Below, one piece after another: positions 1 to 8,144 of a stretch of DNA of 64,000 nucleotides. The stretch covers positions 3,104 through 67,103 of the forward strand of contig PNKK01000007.1 in the NCBI GenBank assembly GCA_013822395.1, given 5' to 3'. Positions within the stretch are counted from its first letter, which is position 1. Each line of letters begins with the position of its first letter. Made by a program: the position numbers and the translations under genes. The notes beneath the pieces are model-generated. The model saw only the letters and a program-made list of their open reading frames with translations, had not been told where the DNA came from and made no database searches. This DNA is from Anaerolinea sp. (lineage in GTDB: Bacteria; Chloroflexota; Limnocylindria; Limnocylindrales; CSP1-4).

Positions 1-325
1 TCAGGAGCGTCTGCCGGTTGGCGACCTCGGTGAGAAGGTCCTGCGTGGCGAGGGTCCACGTCTGGGCGATCCGGTACGCCAGCTGCTCGAACCCGGTGCG
101 GAGGCGCGGGTCGCGGAGCCGCCGCATGTCGGCAAGCTCGAACGGATCGACGCCAGCCGCGAGTCGCTCGGTAAGCTCGGCGATGGTGCGCATCTGGCGC
201 CGGAGCACCGTCGCGGCGAACCCGGCCGTCCCGGCGAGGGCGCCGATGAGCAGCACCATGACGAGCCCGACGAGCAGCTGGATCGACGGCGGAAGATCCG
301 GGAACGGCAGATCCACGAGCTTCAT
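1..325 (-). CDS. 5' part of a membrane-anchored signalling protein, possibly a GGDEF diguanylate cyclase. The gene runs off the left edge.
   Basis: Not in the ORF track because there is no stop in the window. Reverse-strand ATG at 325-323 gives MKLVDLPFPDLPPSIQLLVGLVMVLLIGALAGTAGFAATVLRRQMR...AYRIAQTWTLATQDLLTEVANRQTLL. It has one hydrophobic helix. The last segment resembles the D-x-LT-x-L-x-NR entry into GGDEF domains. Third positions are G/C-rich. Confidence 0.4.
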   Translation of the reverse strand, partial: MKLVDLPFPDLPPSIQLLVGLVMVLLIGALAGTAGFAATVLRRQMRTIAELTERLAAGVDPFELADMRRLRDPRLRTGFEQLAYRIAQTWTLATQDLLTEVANRQTLL

Positions 326-635
326 CCCCCGGCGCACACCGAGCGCGCCTTCTCTTGCCCGAAGCAAGATGTCTGGTGCGGAGTGTCGTGCACGCGCCGG
401 CGGATCGCCATAGCGTGATGGTCCACGGGCTCGAACCCTGGGCCTGGTACCCATGAATGACCGCCCGGTGCGCCGGCGCACGTCCCGAACCGGGGTGGGA
501 GATACGTCCCGCCCAGCGGTCGGAGCAGCCGGGTCCGGTATGGCAGTGGGCGGTTCGTGGGGCGGGCGTCAGGTGTGAGGACGCACCGTCAGGACGGTAG
601 GAACGCGGGCAGCGTTGGGCACATCCCGCCCGGGC

Positions 636-2228
636 TCAGAGCGTCGGGACGCGCCGGAGGCGGAGGGCGAGCGACAGGCTGAGGCAGCGCTCGGGATCGT
701 CGAGGAACGGCCCGATAACCTCCTCGATCTTGGCGAGACGGTTTTTCAGCGTGTTGTAGTGGACGAATAGCTGGCGGGCGGCGAGGGCCATGTTGCGCGT
801 CGCCAGGTAGGTATCCAGCGTCCGGACGAGGGCGCTCGCGTGGGTCTGATCGTGCGCCTCCAGCGGCCCGAGCACGGACCGGCAGTACGCCTCCACCTCC
901 GTCTCGGGGACGTCGGCGAGGAGCCGGTCCACGCCAAGATCGGAGAAGAGGAGCATGTGGCCCGGACCGCGGCTCCAGCGCCCGATCGCGAGCGCCCGCC
1001 GCGCCTCATTGAACGACTGGTCGATCCGGAGCGGATCCGCGGCGGGCCTCCCGATCCCCACACTTACGACCCCGCCCGGGAGGCGCCGGGCGGCCTCGGC
1101 CTGGAAGGCTCCGCCGGCCTCGCGGAGGCCGGCGGAGCCGCCACCCGGCACGGCGACGAGCGCTCCGATCTCGCGGCTTCGCTCCCAGGTGATGGCCGAC
1201 GGCCCCAGGCTCGCGCGCGCGGTCTCGGCGAGCCGGTGCCGGAGCTCCCCTTCCTCGGGCGTGCCGGCGAGAGCCGCGAACGGCCGACCCGCAATGGCCT
1301 CGACCTCGGCGAGGAGCACGGCCCTCGGCATCGCGAGGTCCCAGGCAAAGGCGGCGGCGCGCTCCATCAGGACGCTCCGGTCCGCGACGTGGCCGGTCAC
1401 CAGCTCTTCGAGGCAGACCGCCTGGAAGCGCCGGTCTGCCTCGGCCACGGCCCGGGCCTGGACCTGACGCAGCGCCGCGACGGTCGCCGCGTGCTCGACC
1501 GCCTCGAGCTGCTCCGGCCCCAGGCCGGCGGATCCGCCCCTGACAAGGATCGCCCCGTATCGCTCCGTCCCGACCCGGATCGGCTGGACCGTGACATCGC
1601 CGGCCGGCTCCAGGTCCGGCTCCGTTCGCCACAGGAGGGCACCCCCGGCATCGACGATCGCGACGGCCCGGCCAATAAGCTCGCCCAGTGCCTCGGCGAT
1701 CTGCCGGAGCCCGCCTCCCGACAGGACGATCGACGTGAATCGATCGTGGATCGCGGCCGACCGCTGGAGCCGGACGGTCTGCGAAGCGAGGATCTCCGAG
1801 AGGACCGCGTTGATGATCTCGTTGAACGAGGCATCGGCGGGGAGCTCGATGAGCGGGAAGCCCAGCCGGTCGGCAGCCTCGATCATCGTCGGCGGGGTGG
1901 CCGAAATGTACCGCGTGGGCTTCAGGGCGATCCCGGCCAGGCCGCGCGCCGCGAGTCGCGGGATCAGGGCAGCGAGGGCCGCGGGATCGTCCCGGAGCGG
2001 GTACGCGGTGGTCAGCAGGAGCTCGTCCGGCTTCACCCAGTCGAGGATGTCCGGCACCTCCATGACGTTCACGGATCGAACCGGGCGATCCAGGCCAAGC
2101 GCCCCACCGACCACCGGGGCGCCGCGGAGGACCGGGAGTCGGACAACGTCAGCGATGCGAAGCGCAGTCGATGCCAGCACGTCCGGCGACGACGGAGCTT
2201 CCGGTTCCACACGGGACTCTGCCTGCAC
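636..2228 (-). CDS. PucR-family transcriptional regulator (purine/ureide catabolism type)
   Basis: 530-aa ORF. N-terminal PucR-type domain (VRSVNVMEVPDILDWVKPDELLLTTAY). C-terminal PucR HTH (LDTYLATRNMALAARQLFVHYNTLKNRLAKIEE). Confidence 0.85.
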   Translation of the reverse strand: MQAESRVEPEAPSSPDVLASTALRIADVVRLPVLRGAPVVGGALGLDRPVRSVNVMEVPDILDWVKPDELLLTTAYPLRDDPAALAALIPRLAARGLAGIALKPTRYISATPPTMIEAADRLGFPLIELPADASFNEIINAVLSEILASQTVRLQRSAAIHDRFTSIVLSGGGLRQIAEALGELIGRAVAIVDAGGALLWRTEPDLEPAGDVTVQPIRVGTERYGAILVRGGSAGLGPEQLEAVEHAATVAALRQVQARAVAEADRRFQAVCLEELVTGHVADRSVLMERAAAFAWDLAMPRAVLLAEVEAIAGRPFAALAGTPEEGELRHRLAETARASLGPSAITWERSREIGALVAVPGGGSAGLREAGGAFQAEAARRLPGGVVSVGIGRPAADPLRIDQSFNEARRALAIGRWSRGPGHMLLFSDLGVDRLLADVPETEVEAYCRSVLGPLEAHDQTHASALVRTLDTYLATRNMALAARQLFVHYNTLKNRLAKIEEVIGPFLDDPERCLSLSLALRLRRVPTL

Positions 2229-2316
2229 AATCTATCAATACTCGATAGTCAGATGGCATGTCAATGTGAACATCGGCTAGTGACGATACCGCGTCCACTG
2301 CCTAGGATTCACGGCG
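2229..2316. promoter_or_regulatory. Divergent control region between the pucR-like gene and the ylbF/fdrA operon, with inverted repeat CTATC-N7-GATAG
   Basis: Locally AT-richer stretch (aatctatcaatactcgatagtcagatggcatgtcaatgtgaacatc) in a very GC-rich genome. The inverted repeat lies at 2232-2248. Genes diverge on both sides. Confidence 0.35.
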
Positions 2317-3324
2317 ATGGAGGCGTCAGCGGTTCGGTTCGGGGTGCTCGACGGAACGCTCGTCAGCGATGCCATCCTGCCCCTGCTGGATCGAGGCGGT
2401 CGGGGCGAGGTCCACAGCGTCTTCGCCTCGGCCCTCAACCTCGAGGTCGGTGGCCACCTGATCACGATCACAGCTCGCTCGCTGGACCCGCTTCCCAACG
2501 GGATCCGGGTGGGACCCGATATGGACTTCCGCGGGGCAGGGCTCCGCCCGGGGCTCCGGGTTCAAGTGGGCGCATGGCGGATCGTGATCCCCGGGGCCAG
2601 GATGTGGATCGACCTCGACGGTGCGACACCGTGGTCGCCGCAGATCGCTCGAGCCAAGCGCGGCATCGCGGGTGACACCGCCCTCGAGCGCTGGCTCGCC
2701 CGCGCAGCGGGGGTTCGAGCGCTCGCGGCCACCCGGGTCGGACTCCGGTCCGACGGGCGGGCGGGCCTCGGGCCACTGCTCTCGCCCGCCGCGAGCATTC
2801 CTCTCCCGTCGGTCGCCGCGCTGGCGGCGCCGCGCCTGGCGCGACTGTCCGCGGCGCTCCGGGACGGGGGTGAGGCCGCGGCAAGCGCGGCGGCGGAGCA
2901 GCTGGTGGGCCTCGGACCCGGGTTGACCCCGTCGGGGGACGACGCGCTCGTCGGCGTGGCCGCGGCACTCGCTGCCACGGCCGGGCCGGACACCGCTGCC
3001 ACCGCCTTCCTCCGTCGCGCGGCCGACGGCGCGGCGGCGCGAACCACCGCCGTCGCCGCGATGTTTCTGTGGCACGCGGCCGCGGGCCAGTTCGCCGGCA
3101 GGCTCCATGCACTGCTTGCCGCGCTGCTTGATCCGGACCTGGAGCTCCTCGTCCCGGCGATCGATCGGGCAATCGGGTGGGGTGCGACGTCCGGCACGGA
3201 CACCCTGGTCGGCGTCCTTGCCGGCCTCGACGCCGTCGCGGGGCTCGTGGCGGGCGCGGTCCCGACGGACGCGGTCCCGACGGACGCGGTCCCGACCGGT
3301 TACCGCGCCAAGAGTGCCGCGTGA
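2317..3324 (+). CDS. DUF2877-family protein (YlbF/AllH-like)
   Basis: 335-aa ORF. It has a TPSGDDALVG motif and the Ala/Gly-rich composition typical of DUF2877. It is first in an operon with fdrA, DUF1116 and carbamate kinase. Its stop overlaps the fdrA GTG (GTGA at 3321-3324). Confidence 0.7.
   Translation: MEASAVRFGVLDGTLVSDAILPLLDRGGRGEVHSVFASALNLEVGGHLITITARSLDPLPNGIRVGPDMDFRGAGLRPGLRVQVGAWRIVIPGARMWIDLDGATPWSPQIARAKRGIAGDTALERWLARAAGVRALAATRVGLRSDGRAGLGPLLSPAASIPLPSVAALAAPRLARLSAALRDGGEAAASAAAEQLVGLGPGLTPSGDDALVGVAAALAATAGPDTAATAFLRRAADGAAARTTAVAAMFLWHAAAGQFAGRLHALLAALLDPDLELLVPAIDRAIGWGATSGTDTLVGVLAGLDAVAGLVAGAVPTDAVPTDAVPTGYRAKSAA
3256..3297 (+). repeat. 15-nt tandem repeat (gcggtcccgacggac, 2.8 copies) encoding AVPTD-AVPTD-AVPTG at the C-terminus of the DUF2877 protein
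   Basis: Read directly: 3256-3270 and 3271-3285 are identical, and 3286-3297 is a partial copy. Confidence 0.9.
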
Positions 3325-4931
3325 CCGTCCACGCGCGGGTCTTCCGGAACTGCTACCGCGACTCCGTCGAGCTGATGCAGATCGCGGCCGAGCTCGAGAG
3401 TCTGGCGGGGGTCGCGCGCGCCGGCCTCGTGATGGCCACGCCGGCGAACCGCGAGGTCCTCGCCGAGGCCGGCCTGCTCGCCGATACCGCGCTCAACGCC
3501 GGCCCGAACGACCTAGTCGTCGCCGTCGCCACGGACGATGACGCCGGGGCCGCCGCCGCGTTCGATCGCGCCTCGGTACGTCTGGCTGGAGCGGTCGAGG
3601 GCACCGCCACGGAGACGGTCCGGACGCAGGCGCGCACCATCGCCGAGGGCGTCGCGAAGCTCGGCGGGGCGGATGTCGCCCTGATCTCGACCCCGGGGAC
3701 CTACGCGACGGCCGAGGCGCTCAAGGCCCTCAAGCGCGGCGTGAACGTCTTTCTGTTCAGCGACAACGTGCCGGTCGAGGACGAGGTCGAGCTCAAGGCG
3801 CTGGCGGTCGAGCGCGGGCTCCTACTGATGGGCCCTGACTGCGGCACCGCGATCCTGGACGGCGTGCCGCTCGGCTTTGCGAACGCGATCCGGCGCGGGG
3901 AGATCGGGCTCATCGGCGCCTCGGGGACGGGGCTCCAGCAGGTCAGCTGCCTCATCGACCGGGCCGGTGCCGGCGTCTCCCAGGCGATCGGCGTCGGGGG
4001 ACGGGACCTGGACGCCCAAGTCGGCGGGGCGATGATGCTGGCCGCGCTGCGGCGCTTGAACGCGGATCCGGGCACGCGCGTGATCGTCCTGATCTCGAAG
4101 CCGCCGGCCGCGGAGGTAGCCCGCCGCGTGCTCGAGACGGCCGGAGCAATGACCACGCCCGTCGTCGTCAGCTTCCTCGGCGGTGACCCAGCCGCGGCCC
4201 GCGAGCACGGCCTGGTCCCGGCGTGGACGTTCGAGGCCGCGGCGACAGCTGCCGTCGCGCTGTCGCGTGGCGAGCCGATTTCCGACGGCATGACCGACGA
4301 CAAGCCGGCCGGTCGAGCGGGCGGCGACTCGGCCGGCGTTTCCGGCCCGACCGCGGACGCGATCGCCCGTCTCCGGCCCGGTCAGTGGCGAATCCGCGGC
4401 CTCTTCGCCGGCGGCTCGCTGTCCGGCGAGGCGAAGCTCGTCCTCCGCCGGACACTGGGTCCGGAGGCCGCCGCGGCCCACGAGATCCTCGACCTCGGCG
4501 ACGACGAGTACACGGTGGGCCGCCCGCATCCGATGATCGATCCCCGCCTCCGCAACGAGCGGATCGTGGACGCCGCCGACGACCCCGCCACGGCGATCAT
4601 CCTGCTCGACGTGGTCCTCGGCTACGGGTCGCACCCGGACCCTGCCGGGACACTGACGCCCGCGATCGGTGATGCGCAGGCGCGGGCGGCCCGGGCTGGC
4701 CGCTCGGTGGTAGTGGTAGCGTCTGTGTGCGGGACGGACGCCGATCTGCAGGGGCTGTCCGCCCAGGAGTCGATCCTCGCCGGCGCCGGCGTCCTCCTCG
4801 CACCGAGCAACGCCGGGGCCGCCGGTCTTGCCGCGGCGATCGCGGCGGGGGCCGCCGCGAGCAGCCCGGGCGGCGGAGTCGGCGGAAGCGGCGGCGGCAG
4901 TGACGCCGCCGCTTCCGTGGTCGCACGCTGA
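3321..4931 (+). CDS. fdrA: FdrA-family acyl-CoA-synthetase-like protein (AllF-like)
   Basis: ORF 3177-4931 trimmed to the GTG at 3321. VTVHARVFRNCYRDSVELMQIAAELESLAGV matches the FdrA N-terminal pattern (..Y.DSV.LM). It carries succinyl-CoA-synthetase-like Gly motifs (MGPDCGTA, LIGASGTGLQQV). Confidence 0.85.
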   Translation: MTVHARVFRNCYRDSVELMQIAAELESLAGVARAGLVMATPANREVLAEAGLLADTALNAGPNDLVVAVATDDDAGAAAAFDRASVRLAGAVEGTATETVRTQARTIAEGVAKLGGADVALISTPGTYATAEALKALKRGVNVFLFSDNVPVEDEVELKALAVERGLLLMGPDCGTAILDGVPLGFANAIRRGEIGLIGASGTGLQQVSCLIDRAGAGVSQAIGVGGRDLDAQVGGAMMLAALRRLNADPGTRVIVLISKPPAAEVARRVLETAGAMTTPVVVSFLGGDPAAAREHGLVPAWTFEAAATAAVALSRGEPISDGMTDDKPAGRAGGDSAGVSGPTADAIARLRPGQWRIRGLFAGGSLSGEAKLVLRRTLGPEAAAAHEILDLGDDEYTVGRPHPMIDPRLRNERIVDAADDPATAIILLDVVLGYGSHPDPAGTLTPAIGDAQARAARAGRSVVVVASVCGTDADLQGLSAQESILAGAGVLLAPSNAGAAGLAAAIAAGAAASSPGGGVGGSGGGSDAAASVVAR

Positions 4932-6427
4932 TGGCCGGCAACGCGACGGCCATCTCCCGCCTCTTCGACGGCCAGCTTCGCGCGGTGAACGCCGGCCTGG
5001 CGATGTTCGCCGAGGCACCCATCGCCCACGGGGCATCCGTGACCGCTCTCGACTGGCGCCCGCCGGCGGAGGGCGACCGTGAGGTCGGCCTCCTGCTTGC
5101 CAGGCTCCAGGACGACCCGGCGGATCCGATCGGCCGGACGGTCGCCGCGGCGAACGCGGAAGCCGTGGAGCGGCTTCTCGCGGCCCAGCCGCTCCTCGTG
5201 GACATCCGGCCGGCGCACGAGGCCCTCGGCCTCACGGACACGCGCCTGCTGCACTCAGGCCCGCCGATCCCGTGGGAGCGGATGTGCGGTCCGGTCCGGG
5301 GCGCCATCGTGGGGGCGATCCTGTTCGAGGGCTGGGCAACCTCCCCGGACCAGGCGGAGGCCCTCGCCGGCTCCGGCGCCATCGGCTTCTCGCCCTGCCA
5401 CCACCACGGCGCGGTCGGCCCGATGGCCGGCGTCATCAGCCCATCCATGCCGGTGGTCGTCGTGGAGAACGCGGCCGGCGGGACGCGGGCCCACGCTACG
5501 CTCAACGAGGGGCTCGGGAAGGTCCTCCGCTTCGGGGCGTACGACGCGTCCGTGCTCGAACGGCTCCGCTGGTTCCGGGACGTCCTGGGGCCGACGCTCT
5601 CGGCCGCGCTGGGCGCCTCCGGGCCGATCGACCTTCGCAGCCTGACCGGCCAGGCGCTCCAGATGGGCGACGAGGGCCACAACCGGAACATCGCGGCAAC
5701 GTCGCTCTTCACCCGAACCTTGGCGCCGTCGATCGTCCGGACCGCCGACACGGCGACGGCTGCGGCCGTCCTCGACTTCCTCCGCGGCAACGACCACTTC
5801 TTCCTCAACCTCTCGATGGCGGCCTGCAAGTCCGCCCTTGACGCTGCGCACGGCATCACCGGCTCGTCTGTGGTGACCGCGATGTCCCGCAACGGGGTCG
5901 AGTTCGGGATCCGCCTGTCCGGTACCGGCGACCGCTGGTTCACCTCCCCGGTCGGCGTCCCGGACGGCCTCTACTTCCCGGGCTATGGCCCCGACGACGC
6001 GAACCCGGACCTGGGCGACAGCGCGATCACCGAGACCTTCGGGATCGGTGGCTTCGCAATGGCCGCCGCGCCGGCGATCGTCCGGTTCGTCGGCGGCACC
6101 GCCGCGGACGCCCTCGAGCTCACCCGGCTGATGAACCGGATCACTCTCGCCCGGAACCCGGCCTACGCCCTGCCGTCGCTTGCCTTCGCCGGCACCCCGA
6201 CGGCGATCGACGCACGCCTAGTAGTGGATTCCGGGATCGCCCCGGTGATCAACACCGGGATCGCCCATCGGCAGGCCGGGATCGGCCAGATCGGGGCCGG
6301 AATCACCCGGGCGCCGCTGGGCTGCTTCGCGGCGGGGATCGGCGCGCTGGCATCCAGCCTGGGTCTCGCGAGCGCGGGGGTGCCGGCCCCGGCGACGGCG
6401 GCTCCCGGCTCCGGGGTGACCGCCTGA
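4931..6427 (+). CDS. DUF1116-family protein (YlbE/AllG-like)
   Basis: 498 aa. Conserved partner of FdrA. The ATG overlaps the fdrA stop by 1 nt (TGATG at 4929-4933). Confidence 0.8.
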   Translation: MAGNATAISRLFDGQLRAVNAGLAMFAEAPIAHGASVTALDWRPPAEGDREVGLLLARLQDDPADPIGRTVAAANAEAVERLLAAQPLLVDIRPAHEALGLTDTRLLHSGPPIPWERMCGPVRGAIVGAILFEGWATSPDQAEALAGSGAIGFSPCHHHGAVGPMAGVISPSMPVVVVENAAGGTRAHATLNEGLGKVLRFGAYDASVLERLRWFRDVLGPTLSAALGASGPIDLRSLTGQALQMGDEGHNRNIAATSLFTRTLAPSIVRTADTATAAAVLDFLRGNDHFFLNLSMAACKSALDAAHGITGSSVVTAMSRNGVEFGIRLSGTGDRWFTSPVGVPDGLYFPGYGPDDANPDLGDSAITETFGIGGFAMAAAPAIVRFVGGTAADALELTRLMNRITLARNPAYALPSLAFAGTPTAIDARLVVDSGIAPVINTGIAHRQAGIGQIGAGITRAPLGCFAAGIGALASSLGLASAGVPAPATAAPGSGVTA

Positions 6428-7380
6428 TGGAGCACCGAGCGGTGATCGCGATCGGCGGCAACGCCCTGATCCTGGACGGGCAGCGCGGGACGATCGCCGA
6501 GCAACGGGAGAACGCCAGGGAGACAGCCCGCCACATCGCGGACCTCGTGGCAGCGGGCTGGGGCATCGTCGTCACCCACGGCAACGGGCCGCAGGTCGGC
6601 TTCATCCTGCTCCGCTCCGAGCTTGTCCCGGAGGACGCACCGGTCCCGAAGCTCAGCCTGGAGATGTCCGTCGCGGACTCGCAGGGCGGGATCGGCCACA
6701 TCCTCGGCGAGGCACTTCTCAACGAGCTGGCGGAGCGCGGCTTCCCCGACCGGGTGGCCTGCGTCCTGACCCACGTCGTGGTGGATCCGGCCGACCCGGC
6801 GTTCGCGCGCCCCACGAAGCCGATCGGGCCGTTCTACGCCCGCGGGGAGGCGGAGGCGAAGGCGGTACGGGACGGTTGGACGATCATCGAGGACAGCGGC
6901 CGAGGCTACCGCCGCGTGGTGGCCTCCCCCGAGCCGGTGCGGATCGTGGAGTTGGCCCAGATCCGCTTGCTCGTGGAAGCCGGGTACGTGGTGCTGGCCG
7001 TCGGCGGCGGCGGGATCGCGGTCGTGGAGTTCGCGCCGGGCCAGTACCGGGGCGTCGAAGCCGTGATCGACAAGGATCGGGCTTCTGCCCTCCTGGCCAC
7101 GAGCCTCGAGGTGCCGCTGCTCATCCTGTCGACCGGCGTTGAACGCGTGGCCGTCCAATTCCGTCAGCCGAACGAGCGCTGGGTCGATCGCATGACGAGG
7201 TCGGAAGCGGCGGCATGCCACGCCGCCGGCGAATTCCCGAAGGGCAGCATGGGTCCCAAGGTGGAAGCCGCGATCCGGTTCCTGGACCGCGGCGGAAAGG
7301 AGGTCCTGATCACGACGCCCGCCGCGCTCGGCCGGGCGATCGAGGGGAAAACCGGGACCCGGATCGTTCCGGACAGGTAG
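6427..7380 (+). CDS. arcC: Carbamate kinase
   Basis: 317 aa. AVIAIGGNALI....IVVTHGNGPQVG signature and C-terminal KGSMGPKVEAA. TGATG overlap with the upstream gene at 6425-6429. Confidence 0.9.
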   Translation: MEHRAVIAIGGNALILDGQRGTIAEQRENARETARHIADLVAAGWGIVVTHGNGPQVGFILLRSELVPEDAPVPKLSLEMSVADSQGGIGHILGEALLNELAERGFPDRVACVLTHVVVDPADPAFARPTKPIGPFYARGEAEAKAVRDGWTIIEDSGRGYRRVVASPEPVRIVELAQIRLLVEAGYVVLAVGGGGIAVVEFAPGQYRGVEAVIDKDRASALLATSLEVPLLILSTGVERVAVQFRQPNERWVDRMTRSEAAACHAAGEFPKGSMGPKVEAAIRFLDRGGKEVLITTPAALGRAIEGKTGTRIVPDR

Positions 7381-7407
7381 GCAACGAGCATCCCAGAGGA
7401 GAAGACG

Positions 7408-8112
7408 ATGGCCAAGGTCAACGCAGAACCGTACGACTTCGAGCTCTCGATCCCGAAAACGGCGCTGGTGATGATCGACTTCCAGCGCGACTTCGTCTAC
7501 CCGGGCGGCTTCGGCGAGTCGCTCGGCAACGACACCTCGCTGCTGCTCCGGGCCGTCGGCCCGGCCCAGAAGGTGCTCAACGCATGTCGGGCGGCCGGCA
7601 TGTTCGTGATCCACACGCGGGAGGGTCACCGGCCGGACCTGTCGGACCTGCCGAGGGCCAAGCGGGAGCGCGGCAACGCCCCCCTGCGTATCGGGGACAA
7701 GGGCTCAATGGGTCGCCTGCTCGTCCGCGGCGAATACGGCCACGACATCGTCGACGAGCTCCATCCGATCGAGGGCGAGCCGGTCGTTGACAAACCCGGC
7801 AAGGGCGCTTTTTACGCCACGGACATGGACACGATCCTCCGGATGCGGGGGGTCGAGAAGCTCATCGTCACCGGCGTGACCACCGAGGTCTGCGTCACCA
7901 CGAGCGTACGGGAGGCGAACGATCGGGGCTATGACGCACTGGTGCTGGAAGACTGCGTCGGCTCGTATTTCCCGGAGTTCCAGCAGTCCGCGCTGGCGAT
8001 GGTGAAGGCCCAGGGAGGGATCTTCGGCTGGGTCAGCGACTCTGCCCGGTTCCTCGCGGCGCTCGAGGCGGCGCGGGGCGAGATGGTCAGCATGGCAGCG
8101 GCGACGCGCTGA
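7408..8112 (+). CDS. Isochorismatase-family cysteine hydrolase (RutB/BiuH/N-carbamoylsarcosine-amidase-like)
   Basis: 234 aa. TALVMIDFQRDF and LIVTGVTTEVCVTTSVREANDRGY (catalytic Cys context). GAGGAG RBS upstream of the ATG. Confidence 0.8.
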   Translation: MAKVNAEPYDFELSIPKTALVMIDFQRDFVYPGGFGESLGNDTSLLLRAVGPAQKVLNACRAAGMFVIHTREGHRPDLSDLPRAKRERGNAPLRIGDKGSMGRLLVRGEYGHDIVDELHPIEGEPVVDKPGKGAFYATDMDTILRMRGVEKLIVTGVTTEVCVTTSVREANDRGYDALVLEDCVGSYFPEFQQSALAMVKAQGGIFGWVSDSARFLAALEAARGEMVSMAAATR

Positions 8113-8144
8113 GCGCGCCGCACGAGGGAGCGTGAGGAGACACG

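Noticed and set aside
18-413. 131-aa plus-strand ORF at the left edge
   Set aside because: It is an Arg/Ser-rich low-complexity translation, antisense to a much better reverse-strand reading frame (TM helix plus GGDEF-like entry) that the track omits because it has no stop in the window.
420-444. tRNA-like T-arm (GGTTCGAGCCC on the reverse strand)
   Set aside because: The putative T-stem has a central G-G mismatch. There is no complementary acceptor 5' strand, D-arm or anticodon arm within 90 nt.
840-2675. 611-aa plus-strand ORF, and similar long shadows (for example 6163-7629 -, 7929-9962 -, 13910-15889 +, 19812-21044 +, 38588-39733 -, 42199-43797 +, 47442-48857 +, 55448-56809 +, 61254-63200 +)
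   Set aside because: All are antisense to, or out of frame with, genes carrying clear family motifs. Their translations are Arg/Gly/Asp/Pro-rich with no motifs. This is the expected stop-codon-poor shadow-frame effect in a very GC-rich genome.
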